Below are positions 1-11,186 of a stretch of 64,000 bases of DNA, in pieces; positions within the stretch are counted from its first letter, which is position 1; every line of letters begins with the position of its first letter. The stretch spans positions 62,001-126,000 of the forward strand of contig RQSC01000021.1 of NCBI GenBank assembly GCA_013416795.1, read 5' to 3'. The stretch is from Prasinococcaceae sp. CCMP 1430 (lineage: Eukaryota > Plantae > Prasinodermophyta). The notes beneath the pieces are model-generated. The model made no database searches, was not told the origin of the DNA, and saw only the letters and a list, made by a program, of their open reading frames with translations. The position numbers and the translations under genes were made by a program.

Positions 1-64
1 ACGGGCTACTGTAGGTGTAGCACAACGAAGCTGAAATGGGATACAGTACAGTATGTTACACAAG

Positions 65-1273
65 TTATGGATCATAGCAAGAGGTGTCGCCTACCTGCGC
101 CTCCACCCGTGCCGCGCGCCCGCCGCCGAGCTCCGACGATACGCTCGCGCAGCCGCCCGTGCCTTGCAACATCATCTTCAGACGGGGCGCTTGCGTGTCC
201 ATCCATATGACCTGTGCGCGTGCGCACCCAGCGCGCAGGGCAAGCCGCAGCTTGCCTTTGGCTGCGCCATCGCCGGGAGCACACACCGTGCGCTCGGCCT
301 CGATCTGCACCTCGGCCTCGCGCCCGAGAGCACGCGTCGCTTTGGCCGACAGGGCAAGGGTCGTGGTGAGGTCCGTGCGGACCGCGAGCCGCATTGCTGC
401 GCTCTCTGCCTGTAGCACGTACGCCGCCGGCCGCCGCCGGCATGGGTCGAGCGCGAGGGCATCGAACTCCAGCGTCTGCTTGATGAGCGCGTCGTCAGGC
501 GCGACGCGCACGCGCAGCCTAGCGCGCCTTTCCGCAGGGTGCAGTGTCAGCGAGCGCTCGAGGCCTTCGCGGTTGGAGCGCATCGCGACGGCACCCAGCA
601 GACCATCTTCGCCACAGCCGGCACGTTCGCATTGCAGCATGTCCACCTCGCCAGGCGCCGCCGAGTGCACGACGGCAATACGAGACCACCCAGCTGTGGC
701 GGGCGCATCGCTCAGCTCCAACGAGGCCTCGAGCGCGGCCGAGCGCCTCTCATCCACCTCCAGCTGTGCGCGAAGCTCAACCGCGTCAGTGCCGCTGCCC
801 ACTCCGGGCGCGTCTGGTGGTACGTGCGCAAACGCGGCAGAGACGAGAGCGCGCGGCGAAGCGGGCACCACGGCCGTCGCCATTGCCGACGCGCCAAATG
901 GCACCACGTCGGGCGTGGCCACCACACACGCGCGTTCCAGCTTGGCCAGCTTGTACTCCTCGGGCACATTTGCTTCCGCGTAGAGAGGCTGCGCGAGGTC
1001 TTGCATCCGCCTCTGCTGGTGCTGCTGGTGCAGCCGCTCCTTGTTCGCCTCTTCCCCATCTTGCTGCTGCTGCTGACAAATTGTCTGCATTGCGGAGGCG
1101 GGCGCGCGCGCGCCCATAGGCGACATCGGTCCAGCCGTGCACCACCAGGTACGTACGCGCCGCACGGACCGCAACACCACCGCTGTTGCCGCGCCCACGC
1201 CTGCGCCCGGCGCGGGCAAGGGCGTTCCTCTCTGCTCAGTCGCAGCGGTCCCGCCTGGCGCCGCGAGCGCCAT
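65..1273 (-). CDS. Hypothetical protein (402 aa), disordered N-terminus and beta-strand-rich C-terminal half
   Basis: ATG at 1273 to TAA at 65. Composition is protein-like (Q-run, LEASLEL coiled segment, alternating strands). No family recognised; introns not excluded. Confidence 0.55.
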   Translation of the reverse strand: MALAAPGGTAATEQRGTPLPAPGAGVGAATAVVLRSVRRVRTWWCTAGPMSPMGARAPASAMQTICQQQQQDGEEANKERLHQQHQQRRMQDLAQPLYAEANVPEEYKLAKLERACVVATPDVVPFGASAMATAVVPASPRALVSAAFAHVPPDAPGVGSGTDAVELRAQLEVDERRSAALEASLELSDAPATAGWSRIAVVHSAAPGEVDMLQCERAGCGEDGLLGAVAMRSNREGLERSLTLHPAERRARLRVRVAPDDALIKQTLEFDALALDPCRRRPAAYVLQAESAAMRLAVRTDLTTTLALSAKATRALGREAEVQIEAERTVCAPGDGAAKGKLRLALRAGCARAQVIWMDTQAPRLKMMLQGTGGCASVSSELGGGRAARVEAQVGDTSCYDP

Positions 1274-1719
1274 CGCTTTGCGCGGGCGCGAGGGCGCGCG
1301 CGCCGGCCGCGGTGGCGCACCTCATGCGTGAGGCATCGAGTGCCTCGCCACTCACAAAGTCTATATCTGCTGTCAGTGGGCGCGCCGCCCTGTGGCGCCC
1401 GCGCGTCGCCCTCGCGCCCCGCCGATGAGACTCCTGAGGTGGAGGGTCCAACACGCCAGGGTGCGTCGTTCGGAGGGATTTGGGTTGAACTCGGTGTTTT
1501 GGGTATGCGTGTGCACAGGGTTAATATGGCCAGCCTGCGGTGCGGACTTCCCGCCAAAAGTGGCGCCCGCGGCAGGCAGGATGGACAGTGCGAGGGAGCG
1601 AGTCAGACGCGGCGCGCACGGCGCAGGCACCCCACCCGAAGTACCCACCCAACCAACCACCCACTCGGGTCCTAGCTGGTCCCGACCGCCGAGCCTTGAC
1701 CTGCGGGCGGGAGGACGGG

Positions 1720-2778
1720 ATGTCGGCCGCAGGGCGCGCTTGGCCGCAACCGGCGGGGCCCGCAGCAGGGGTGGGGCCGGTTGCAACAGCGGGGGCACGT
1801 TCACTCGGCGAGGCCGCGCAGCAACTGGAGGCGGTGCGGCCATCGGGATATTTGTTATCGGCGGCGGTGATAGGGCACGCGCGGCCGTGCGCCGTGCGCG
1901 CCACGCGGCCGATTCTGAGCGATGGCTTCAGGCGCGCTCGCGTGAGGCGATTCTCCGACGTGTGCGGCACACGCACGTATATGTTTGAGGAGGGTGACCG
2001 CGCTGGGGAGGGCGCTCGCTCGCCAAGGGGGCAGGCAGGACTAGAGGATGACGTCGGGTCGGTGAAGCAGCAGTCGCACCTAGCGGTACAGTCGACGCGG
2101 CAAGGCGGACGCGCCGCTCACAGTCAGTCGCGGCAGCCGCCCTGGCAATACCACCACCGGCGGGACTACGCATCCACGCCGCTGATCTCAGAGCAGCTAA
2201 GCACAGAGTCGATGCGCCTCTGGGCGCCGCGCACCGGAGAAGTGAACACGTCGTTGCCCCCGCGGCCGCACAGTCATTGCAGTGTCGGCAGCCGGGGCGT
2301 GCGGTCAGACTCAGAGGACGGCGGAGGCACGTGGCAGGGCGCGGCAACGCTGCGTGCGGTGCCGCCCCTGCCCCCCGCTGCACGCACGTCGAGTGCCGCG
2401 TGGAGCGAATACGGCGCCGAGGTGTGTGCAATCAACTCGAGCGCGCACGCAGGCCTTATGTACGCGCTTGGACGGCAGGACGATCACGATCACGATCACA
2501 ACCGCGACCATGAGCAGCGCGGACAGGAGCGCCCTCGCGCACCAACACCGTCGCAAGGCCGCACGCTGTCGCCGCACCGCCCGCAGATCCGTCAGCTGAG
2601 CTCTGCTGACGCGCTCAACGCGGTCCGACCGTTGGCACCAACTCCGCGGAAGATGATGATGGCTGACCGCGAAGGTGCCGCCCAATTAATGCCAGCGAGT
2701 GCCGAGCCCAGCGCTGACTTTGGCCTCGAGCGCGAGCCGAGCTTCAGCGGGCTCAGTGAGGACGCGCGCACAATCTAG
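1720..2778 (+). CDS. Hypothetical low-complexity/disordered protein; start uncertain (ATG at 1720 or 1981)
   Basis: Long open frame ending TAG at 2778, converging on TMEM131. No recognisable domain. Confidence 0.4.
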   Translation: MSAAGRAWPQPAGPAAGVGPVATAGARSLGEAAQQLEAVRPSGYLLSAAVIGHARPCAVRATRPILSDGFRRARVRRFSDVCGTRTYMFEEGDRAGEGARSPRGQAGLEDDVGSVKQQSHLAVQSTRQGGRAAHSQSRQPPWQYHHRRDYASTPLISEQLSTESMRLWAPRTGEVNTSLPPRPHSHCSVGSRGVRSDSEDGGGTWQGAATLRAVPPLPPAARTSSAAWSEYGAEVCAINSSAHAGLMYALGRQDDHDHDHNRDHEQRGQERPRAPTPSQGRTLSPHRPQIRQLSSADALNAVRPLAPTPRKMMMADREGAAQLMPASAEPSADFGLEREPSFSGLSEDARTI

Positions 2779-2870
2779 TCTCTTCACTATTCTAGTGACT
2801 ATCAATCCACACGGGGACGCATCGGGTATTGTCACGCATGCTTTCTCGACCTTACTGGACACGCAAGCCC

Positions 2871-3844
2871 TTAGCTCGTGCGCTCGCGCTTGGTCTCTTT
2901 CGCACCACTCCCATCGCCAGAGCTGGCGGTGCCGGCCGCGACACCCTGGAAAGGGGCTTGCTCCACGGGCCCACCCGCGAAGCCCAAGTCGTCACCCCAG
3001 TGCTCGGCGCCACCCGCTCCGGTCTGCGACCCGTATGCGCCCCATCCAGCAGCTCCGCCCTGGCCTGCGCCGCCGCCGCTTCCCCAGATGTCGTACAGTG
3101 TGGAGCTCAGCTGTCCCTGCTCGCCCAGTCGGCCGCGGCCGAACGACGACAGTGCGTCGAGCGAACCGAAACCACCCGCGGCCGGCTCTGATGGCGGAGC
3201 GGCAAAGGCAGACGACGCGTCAGCAAACACTGCAGCCGCCTCGCTCGAAGCACCGAAGGGCTCCACTCCCCCCGACCCATCTGTCGGCGACAAGGGCATC
3301 TCGTCCAGGCCGTGTTCCATCAGGCGGCGCAGGTCGATCTCGAAGCTAGGTGTGCGGTCATGCCCAATGCTGGGTGCGCGACCGTGCCTTATGCCTGTCG
3401 TAGGAGCTGCCGGAGCTGGCGGCATCTCCTGCGGTGGCTGCTCCATTGGCTGGGACTGCGGCGGCAGGATGCCCGTCTGCCCGCGCTGCTGCTGCTGCTG
3501 CTGCTGCGGCAAGCTGAAGATCGACTGCGACGCGCCGAAGCTGGGCGACGTGGATGAAGTGAAGGGCCGCGCCTGCGGAACGAAAGAGGTGCCGCGAGGC
3601 TGCGCCATCGTGTTCGGCCGCATGTGCGCCTGCACCTGCGCCTGTGCGAGCGCCTGCGCGTCTTGGGACTCTTGGGCACGACCAGCGGCGTGAGCCTGTT
3701 GCTGCTGCAGCTGCTGCATACGGAGCTGCGCCTGCTGTTGAAGGCGCTGCTGCTGCTGCTGCTGCTGGCGTTGCTGTTGGAGATTCTGCTGCTGCTGCTG
3801 CTGAGCCTGCAAAAGCTGCTGCTGCTGCTGCTGCTGCACGCGTA

Positions 3845-3881
<37 letters not shown>

Positions 3882-6800
3882 CAGCAAGATCTGCTGCTGC
3901 TGTTGCATATGAAGCTGCTGCTGGGCCTGCGGTTGGGTGAGCTGCTGCTGCTTGAAGCGCTGCTGCGCCTGCCTGTTGGCAGCGACAGGCGCTCCGAATT
4001 GCTGCGGCTGCGTGGTGCCACGGAACGCGGCGGGCGGAGCAGCAACGTTGGACGCACCCACAGCAGGCGCGGTGCCCCAGCGATTTGGCGGTGTGAGCAC
4101 TGGCGCGGGCGCCATTGGAGGCTTGCTTCCCCCCACCCTGGTTGGCGCCGCTGCAAGCCGCCGCGGCTGCGGCTGCGGCTGTGGCTGCGGCAACTTGGCC
4201 TGCCTGATGGGCTTGTTGGGCTGCAGGTGTGACTGCGGCTGGAACTTGAGGAGCGGCTGTTTGCCGTGCAACAACGCCTGCTTGGCCTGCGCCAGCGACG
4301 GCTGTTTGGCCTGTGCAAGTGCCGGCACCTTTGCCTGCACCTGTGGCTGCTGTCGTGCCTGTTGCTTGAAAGACTTGTCGGGCAAGGGCAGATGCTGCTG
4401 AAGCGAGTGCTGCTGCTGAAGCGATTGCGCTGGTGGCTGCTGTGGCTGCTGGTGCTTCCGACCGCCGGCCTCAAGTTTCGTCCATGCACCACCCTTCTGC
4501 TCTGCAGCCGCAAAACGCTCGGCGGCAGCTAGCTTCTCAGCACGCTCACGCTCCCGGCGACGCTCGCGGCGACTGGGCCCCGTGCGCTCAGCCTTGCCAT
4601 TCTGGGACACGTCAGAGATCGAGGGTGAGGAGTCTTGATCATTGCTGCTCACAGCAGCAGGTACTGATACGATGTTCTTTGGCGAGCTATCGCCGCTTCC
4701 TCCGCCGTCGCTCCCGGAGGCGGACGAGGGACCCACCGACTCACCGGCACTCGTCTCAGCGTTGGTTTCAGTCACCGAGCGAGGGCTGAGCATCCCACGG
4801 GAGGCCTTGTCTTCGCTCATCATTGCCGCCACCGCTGCCGAGGTACCTTCGGCAACAGCTTCATCCGCTCCGACGCCACTGCCTCTGGCATCCATCGTGG
4901 TAGTCGCAGCGGGCATTTTGGGCACCAGCTCACGCATGTACACATGGCTGACCGCCGCAAGCAGTCCGAGAGTCACCAGCAGCGCAAGCGCGTACAGCAT
5001 AATCTCGAGCAGAGTGCGCGGCGCCTCGCTCAGGCAGCGGTCCAGCGTGTCCTCGCCCGCCCAACCCTCCAGCTGCACGCGAAGGCTGCCAACGCTTGTG
5101 CTCACCTCCATCATTTGCGCTGTGCGACGCGCGCTGCAGTCCGGCAGAAACAAGACTTGAACGTAAGCAGACTGGCCGGGCTCGAGCGTGCCGACCTCGA
5201 TGTCATCCTTGTCCAGTGCGAACGTGCGTGATGAGGTTGGCCCAGGCGGTTGTTCTGGTTTCGCCGGCACTGGCGCGTGGCCCAGAGGAGTGTAGCCAGG
5301 TTCAACATGCAGCTGCATGGGCACCGGCTGTGGCGGCGGAGAAGTAAGCGCTGAGAGCCACAGGTCATGCACTTGCACGGGGAGATCACCGTCATTGGTA
5401 AACGACAGCGTACGCGGCACTGTGCGCGGCCATGCGCTGCGCTCAGCCCCGTCACGTCCCCAGTGCTCCGGCACATGGCTACTGTTCATCTCAAACGAGA
5501 GCCTTCCCAAGCGGCCTCGCCCAGGCACGCCAAAAGCCTTGTCGCACACACCGAAGAAGAGGCAGCCAAGCAGGCCACCCGGTGGTAGGGCGCGCAGGGC
5601 AGGCGCATTGCTCCCATCCTTCAGCAGGCCCTCCACACGCAGGTGCCCAGAACCTCCAGTGCCCACCAGCTGCACCTCGTCAAGCAAGGTGAGGTTGTTC
5701 TTCACCTGCATGCGTGCCGAGTACTCAGCCAGGTGCGTCGGGTAGAAGTGCACAGGCCCGAAGAGTGCGCTGCCCATTGGTGGGATCACTCCCTCGACAG
5801 TGGCACCGGGCGGTAGCCTGAATGCCGCGGCAGCCCCCTCCGGGCCGCTGGCATTGAGCATCGCCGGCTCCCAGCCGATGGGCATCAGGTGAGCAGCCAA
5901 AGGCAGAGCGCTGGGATTGTCGAGCTCGAGGTACCGCACGCCCACCGTGCCTGTCTGCACGCGCTCAAAGTCGAGCTTGGCCTGACCAGGCTCTGACCCT
6001 TTGAGTAGATTCGGTCGCGCAAGCTGCGCATGCACGCGCATAGAAAGGTTGCCGGAGATATCCGTCTCAAGCACAGCCATCGCATCCACACGCCCCCTGC
6101 CACCGTCGAGCGCCGTCTCCCACCACTTCGACATCCCCTCGTACGCCGCTGCCTCGGCTTTCGTAAGCATGTTGCCGGCCGCACCCGCCACAGCCACTAC
6201 CGACCCGCCCGGGAGAATAGTGCCGTCGGGCAAGTGCGAATCGCGCGAAAGCAAGCTGCCCTCGCCGATGTTGACGATGATATCTGCCACATGCGAGGCC
6301 ACTTGTGGGCGCAGCACTCGGTTGCGCATGACCAAGGTCACACGATCATCAGTCGAGGACGAGGCCAACACTTGCACGTCTTTTGGGTAAGTTGAGGTCA
6401 CCCACACCTGCTGGGTCATGAGGACGCCAGGGAAGGTCACGCCGAGATCCAGGGTCTGCTGCATATCAGCCAGTAGTTTTCCCTCGACCCCCTCCAGGGA
6501 CACGGGCACGCGCATGGGTCCGTGAGAGGTACTGATCGCGACAACACCCGAAGCTGCACCCGTGGCAACCATCGTTGCCACCACTGTCAACCGTACAGCG
6601 TCACCAGGCCGCAACAGGACAGCGCCACGGCCGGCCGTCACAGTGGTCTCCCCCTCCGCCTCGATCGTCTCGATGTGGCGATTTCTCTGGTAAACCTCTC
6701 CAAGTTGCAAGGCGAGCGAGCGTAGTCCTTCCACTTTGACTGGACCCACCGTCACACTCACGGGGTTCAAATTGACCAGCTGCACCGAGCGCGTGTGGCT

Positions 6801-8675
6801 GAGACCAGCGCTGGCACCCACGAGGCCGAAGTCCAGCGCCGCCACTGCAGGCGCGCGGCTGTCGCGCGAGTCCGATGCAGCCGTTGCTTTCTCAGCAGGC
6901 GGTTCGTCTGCGATGACCTTCACCTCGCCCGTGTACACTCGTATTGCCACACGCAGCGTTGTCATATTGGTAAAGACAGCTACCTTGGCCTCGAACGGTC
7001 GCGCCGGCGCGTCGCCGACAGCAACACGCACCTCAAGCGGAGGTAGAGCCGCACCTGCGGCCACAGTGAGCATACTGGACGCGTCCTGGTCGCCCAGGGA
7101 GCCCGGCACGCTGAGAACCTCCACGTGCTTGTCTTCAGAAAGCACTGAGTACACCGTGAGTCCAGTTGGAAAGGTATTCACTAGTGGGATCGACCTGCGC
7201 ACAGGCGCCGAACCCGAGCTGGCGCGGAACGTCACTGCGCGTGGGTTGGAAAGCAGGCTGCCATGGATGACGTGCGCACGGTACGGCACCTCCATCCGCG
7301 CCCCCGAGGGCGTGGTTGCGTTGGTGCGTATCGTCACAGAACCCGCGTAGTAGCCCTCCTTCGAGCCGCTGTGCAGCAATACCGCCACCACCGCCTCAGA
7401 GTAGGGTGCCACCACACTTCCCTCACGCCCCCTAAGCTTGAGCGATGAGTCCAGCGGGCTGGCGTACACCTTGTTGATGGCGAGAGGCAAAGGGCCTCCG
7501 TTGACGACACGCACCTCGCGCTTTCCCCACCTGTGCTCGGTGGTCAACATGCCAAAGTCGACCTCATCCGGAATGCGATATACGCTGCCCTCGATCGCCT
7601 GCATCTCCATGGGGATCATCAGCGTATCCTGTTCTGTACGAATGTGCAGCAAGCCGAGGTAGGACCCCATGGTGTCCCCCTTGAACTGCAATGATATTAT
7701 CGGCCGCGTACTGTGCGGCGGGATGGCCCACACGTTCTTGGACGACGCCTCCGTGGCCTGGTCGGCGCCGGCGCCCTCGTCTCCAAAACCCTGCGCCTGC
7801 GCAGGGAGGACGATTCGCGCAAAGTCCTCATTGGTGAACACCTCCTTCACCCACAGCGTCTCGCTGAAGGGGTTGTGCATGCTCAGTAGGTAGTCCCTCC
7901 GCACGCCCACCGGTGCGGTGACGCCGGCCAGCGGTTGCACATTGAACGGGCTCAGCTCGCCAGCGCCCTCAACCCGAACGATGAAGGCCCCGGCGGACGT
8001 GTGCACCACGAGCGTCCCACGGTCTTCACCCAGTTCCCGCGGCAAGTACGCGATCTGCAGCTCCGCGGTCCCTCCAGCTTCCACGGCGGTCACTTCGAAT
8101 CCGAGCGGGAAGAAGCTCGTCGTGTCAGAGCTGATGGTATGCACGACGACCTCGTGGGACTTGCCGGTGTTGGTTACCTGCACGGTGAGCGTGTGGGGCT
8201 GGCAGATCGTGCGCGGCCCGTATTTCAGGGCGGGTGGGCTGATCGCCACCCTGGGCGCGTTCGCCTGCGGGGCCGCGAAGCCTTGCGCAACACGCGGCGT
8301 GCTCTCGGAGGGTGCGCTCGGGGTGCCGTCTAACAGCGCGGCTCCTGCGCGCGGTGGCGTCTGAGCCTCCCCGCCCTGCGCACCCTCGCCATCTAACAAG
8401 CTTGCAGGTGCCACCGTTCGCGCGTCGGCCGCGGCCGCTGCCGCGAAGGCGCCGCGGGGCGCCGCCGTTGATGCCGCCGCTGCCGCAGCCGCCGCGGTCC
8501 TTTTGAGCCAGGTTCCGGCGGCCGCGGGAGGCGGAAGCGCGTTGACGTTCCTGATGGCAGCGCCAACGCGCCCACGCGTGCCCCCCCCGCCTGCGTTTGC
8601 CACGCCGCACGCGAACAGCATCACTGCTGCGAGAGCGAACAGGGCCTTGACGGCCGAGCTCCTTGTGCGAGCCAT
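2871..8675 (-). CDS. TMEM131: TMEM131-like type I membrane protein (1934 aa) with Ig-like/ASH ectodomain and polyQ tail
   Basis: ATG at 8675 starts a signal peptide (MARTRSSAVKALFALAAVMLFACGVANA). PPALKYGP..QPHTLTVQVTN..SSDTTSF..LPRELG..GTLVVHTSAG..G.GELSPFNVQP matches the TMEM131 N-terminal domain. One TM (IMLYALALLVTLGLLAAVSHVY), then a disordered tail. Apparently intronless. Confidence 0.85.
3697..3960 (-). repeat. CAG-rich coding repeat (polyQ tracts of TMEM131)
   Basis: (ctg)n runs on + translate to several QQQQ tracts on -. Confidence 0.95.
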
Positions 8676-9671
8676 GGCGCTGCCGGTGCGTGCGCACGCC
8701 GCCGCCTGCCTGGCGGAGAAAAAAAAAAAGGTGAAAGAGGGACGCACGAGCGGAAGACGGGAAGCCACGCGGGGGGAGATCCTCCCCCTCGCGGCTGCGT
8801 CCGCCTGCGCTCGCCGCGCGCGTCCCTCTTATGGCTCGCTCTCGCCACCGCCGCTCGCCGCGCCGGCGCCTCCTGCGGCGCCCCGCTGCGGCCGCGGCCG
8901 CCGNATACTTTGGACCCAATTTTCACCATCAGCATGCCGGTCGGTGGCTCTTCTGAGGCCGCCAGCCAGCGGAGCGGCGTCGCGCGCGGCGCCGGCGCCT
9001 CGGATCCGATTCGGGGGTTTGCGCGAACCCTAGCGACGCGAGCGAGGCTCTAGAGCTAGACGAGCGAGCGAGCGAGCGATGGAGCGAGGGGTTTATTTTA
9101 TTTTTATTTTGTAGTGGACAGTGTACCATACCAGGTACTGTATCTCTTTCTTTGAAGTGGGTTCCATACGAGCTTCGACCGACGGTCGATGGTGGGATCC
9201 ACACGGGGAATGCGCTGGGTCAAACCTCCGTTTCGCGGCGCTCGTCGCGGGCGGAGCCTGATTTTGATGGGAGGGGGAGCGGGCCGGCGTCGCGCCCGGC
9301 ATGCTGCCTGCCTGTGCCGGGCGTGGTCGCTCGCTGGCTGAGCCGCTTCGGGTCGGCCCACGGATGCCATGCGTGCGCGCGGTGAGCGCGCGCCCGCCCG
9401 CCGCGCCTAGCGCGACGGCACTGGCGTGCGCCACTCGTCGCGCGGCGCCGCTCGGCGGGCGTCGCGGGGTGGCGGAGGGGTGGAGGCACAGGTGCTTGCT
9501 ACAGCAGCGGAGGCCGCGTGAAGGGGCGCCGTGTACACGGCGCCGCGGCGCGGCGCGCCCGCGCGCGCGCCGAGATCAGCACACGCTCCGAAGCGCCGAT
9601 CGGGCGCCCCACAGTGGAGAGGGGTCGAGGGCGGGAGGGGCGAGGCGCGCAGCGCCGCACCCTCGGCGGCC

Positions 9672-11059
9672 ATGACGGAGCTCACGAAGGAGTGGCTCAA
9701 GAAGGTGCGTTGTGGTGACAGAGCGCGGGGACCTCGGAACGCGTCGACCGAGGCGCTGGCAGGCGCGCCCCAAACAGAGATGGCGCTGACCTCTCAATGC
9801 GCACCCGCCGTTGCCTGCCGCACTCCGCTGGCCGACCCACGCCTGCCATTAACCCCTCACGCCTGCAGCACTGCAAGGCCGAAAAGATGTTCACGACACC
9901 CTCGCTGAACGACAAGATGTTCCTCAACAACAAGGGCATCACCATGCTACAGAATCTGGAGGAGTTCACCGGCCTCAAGGCGCTCTTCCTCGAGGGCAAC
10001 GGCCTTGAGTCGCTCGAGGGCCTCGAGACGCTCACGCAGCTCAAGTGCCTGTACGCGCAAAAGAACTTCCTGCACCGGCTCGACGGGCTCGAGCACCTCT
10101 CTGACACGCTTGACACTCTCAACGTCAGCAACAATCGCCTGGAGGCGCTCGAGGGCGTCTCCGAGCTCGCCAAGCTCGCCACGCTGCAGGCGTCGCACAA
10201 TCAGCTGGCCACGGCCAATGCCATCGAGGAGCTCAGGGACTGCAAGAACGTGTCGGTCCTCGATCTCAGCCAGAACAAACTCGACGACGTGGCGATTGTA
10301 GACACGTTGGCGGCGATGCCTGCGCTGCGAGTGCTGTACCTCTCGGGCAATCCTGCTGTGTCGAAGGTGCCACACTACAGAAAGACCATGGTCAGCAGAT
10401 GCAAGGGCCTCACCTTCCTCGACGACAGGCCCGTCTTCGAAAAGGAGCGCCGCTGCTCCGAGGCATGGGCCGACGCCGTCGCGCGCGGGGAGGATGGCAT
10501 CGCTGCCGAGCGTGCCATGCGCAAAACCATCGTCGAGGAGGAGGATGCGGCAAAGGAGGCAAACTTTCAGTTCATGAAGAAGATGAGGGAGGGCTCCAGG
10601 AGGAGGCGCCTCGTGCGTGAGGGTCGCGTCGACCTGTCGGCCTTCCCGCCGGACGCGGCGTTGGAAGACCTGCCCGATGAGGTCTTTGCATCAGCTCTCG
10701 CCGAGGTGGACGCTGAGGATGAGGACGTGGGGGAGTATATTCCGCCGCAGGAGCCACCCGAGCTCGTCGCCGCACGGGAGGCGCTCGTGCAGTCGGGCTG
10801 GCGCCCTCCGGCAGGCGAGGAGGAGCCACCGGATATCACCGCGCTCAGAGCGCGCATGATGAGTGGAATGGGCAGCGTTGGCGCGGCGACGCCGCCGCCT
10901 GCCGAGGTCGCGGCCATCAGTGCGCCTGCAGCCACAAGCGCGCCTGCGACCGACGGCGCATCCGTGGGAGACAGCGCACCCGCAGCCGACGGCGCATCCG
11001 CGGCCGAGTCGGCGCAGGAGGAGGCCACGCTGGGCGATGAGCTGAGTGACGTAGACTAG
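9672..11059 (+). CDS. DNAAF1: Dynein axonemal assembly factor 1 (ODA7/LRRC50), 2 exons
   Basis: Exon 1 9672-9704 ([11 protein letters not shown]), intron 9705-9868 (GTGCGT...CCTGCAG), exon 2 9869-11059. [26 protein letters not shown]22-type LRRs and YRK...[16 protein letters not shown] match Chlamydomonas ODA7. Confidence 0.93.
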
Positions 11060-11186
11060 AACGAGCTCGCGCACTCTCATGTCTTGTACTGTAATCATGC
11101 GTTGAATACGCGACCCTTCCTGGGCAGACATGCGATTGGAGTATCACGGCTGCCTACAGTTGCGGTGCGCGCGTCTCTCGCACCTC

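Noticed and set aside
8904-8904. Single n between TMEM131 and DNAAF1
   Set aside because: An assembly placeholder of unknown size; ORFs crossing it were not trusted.
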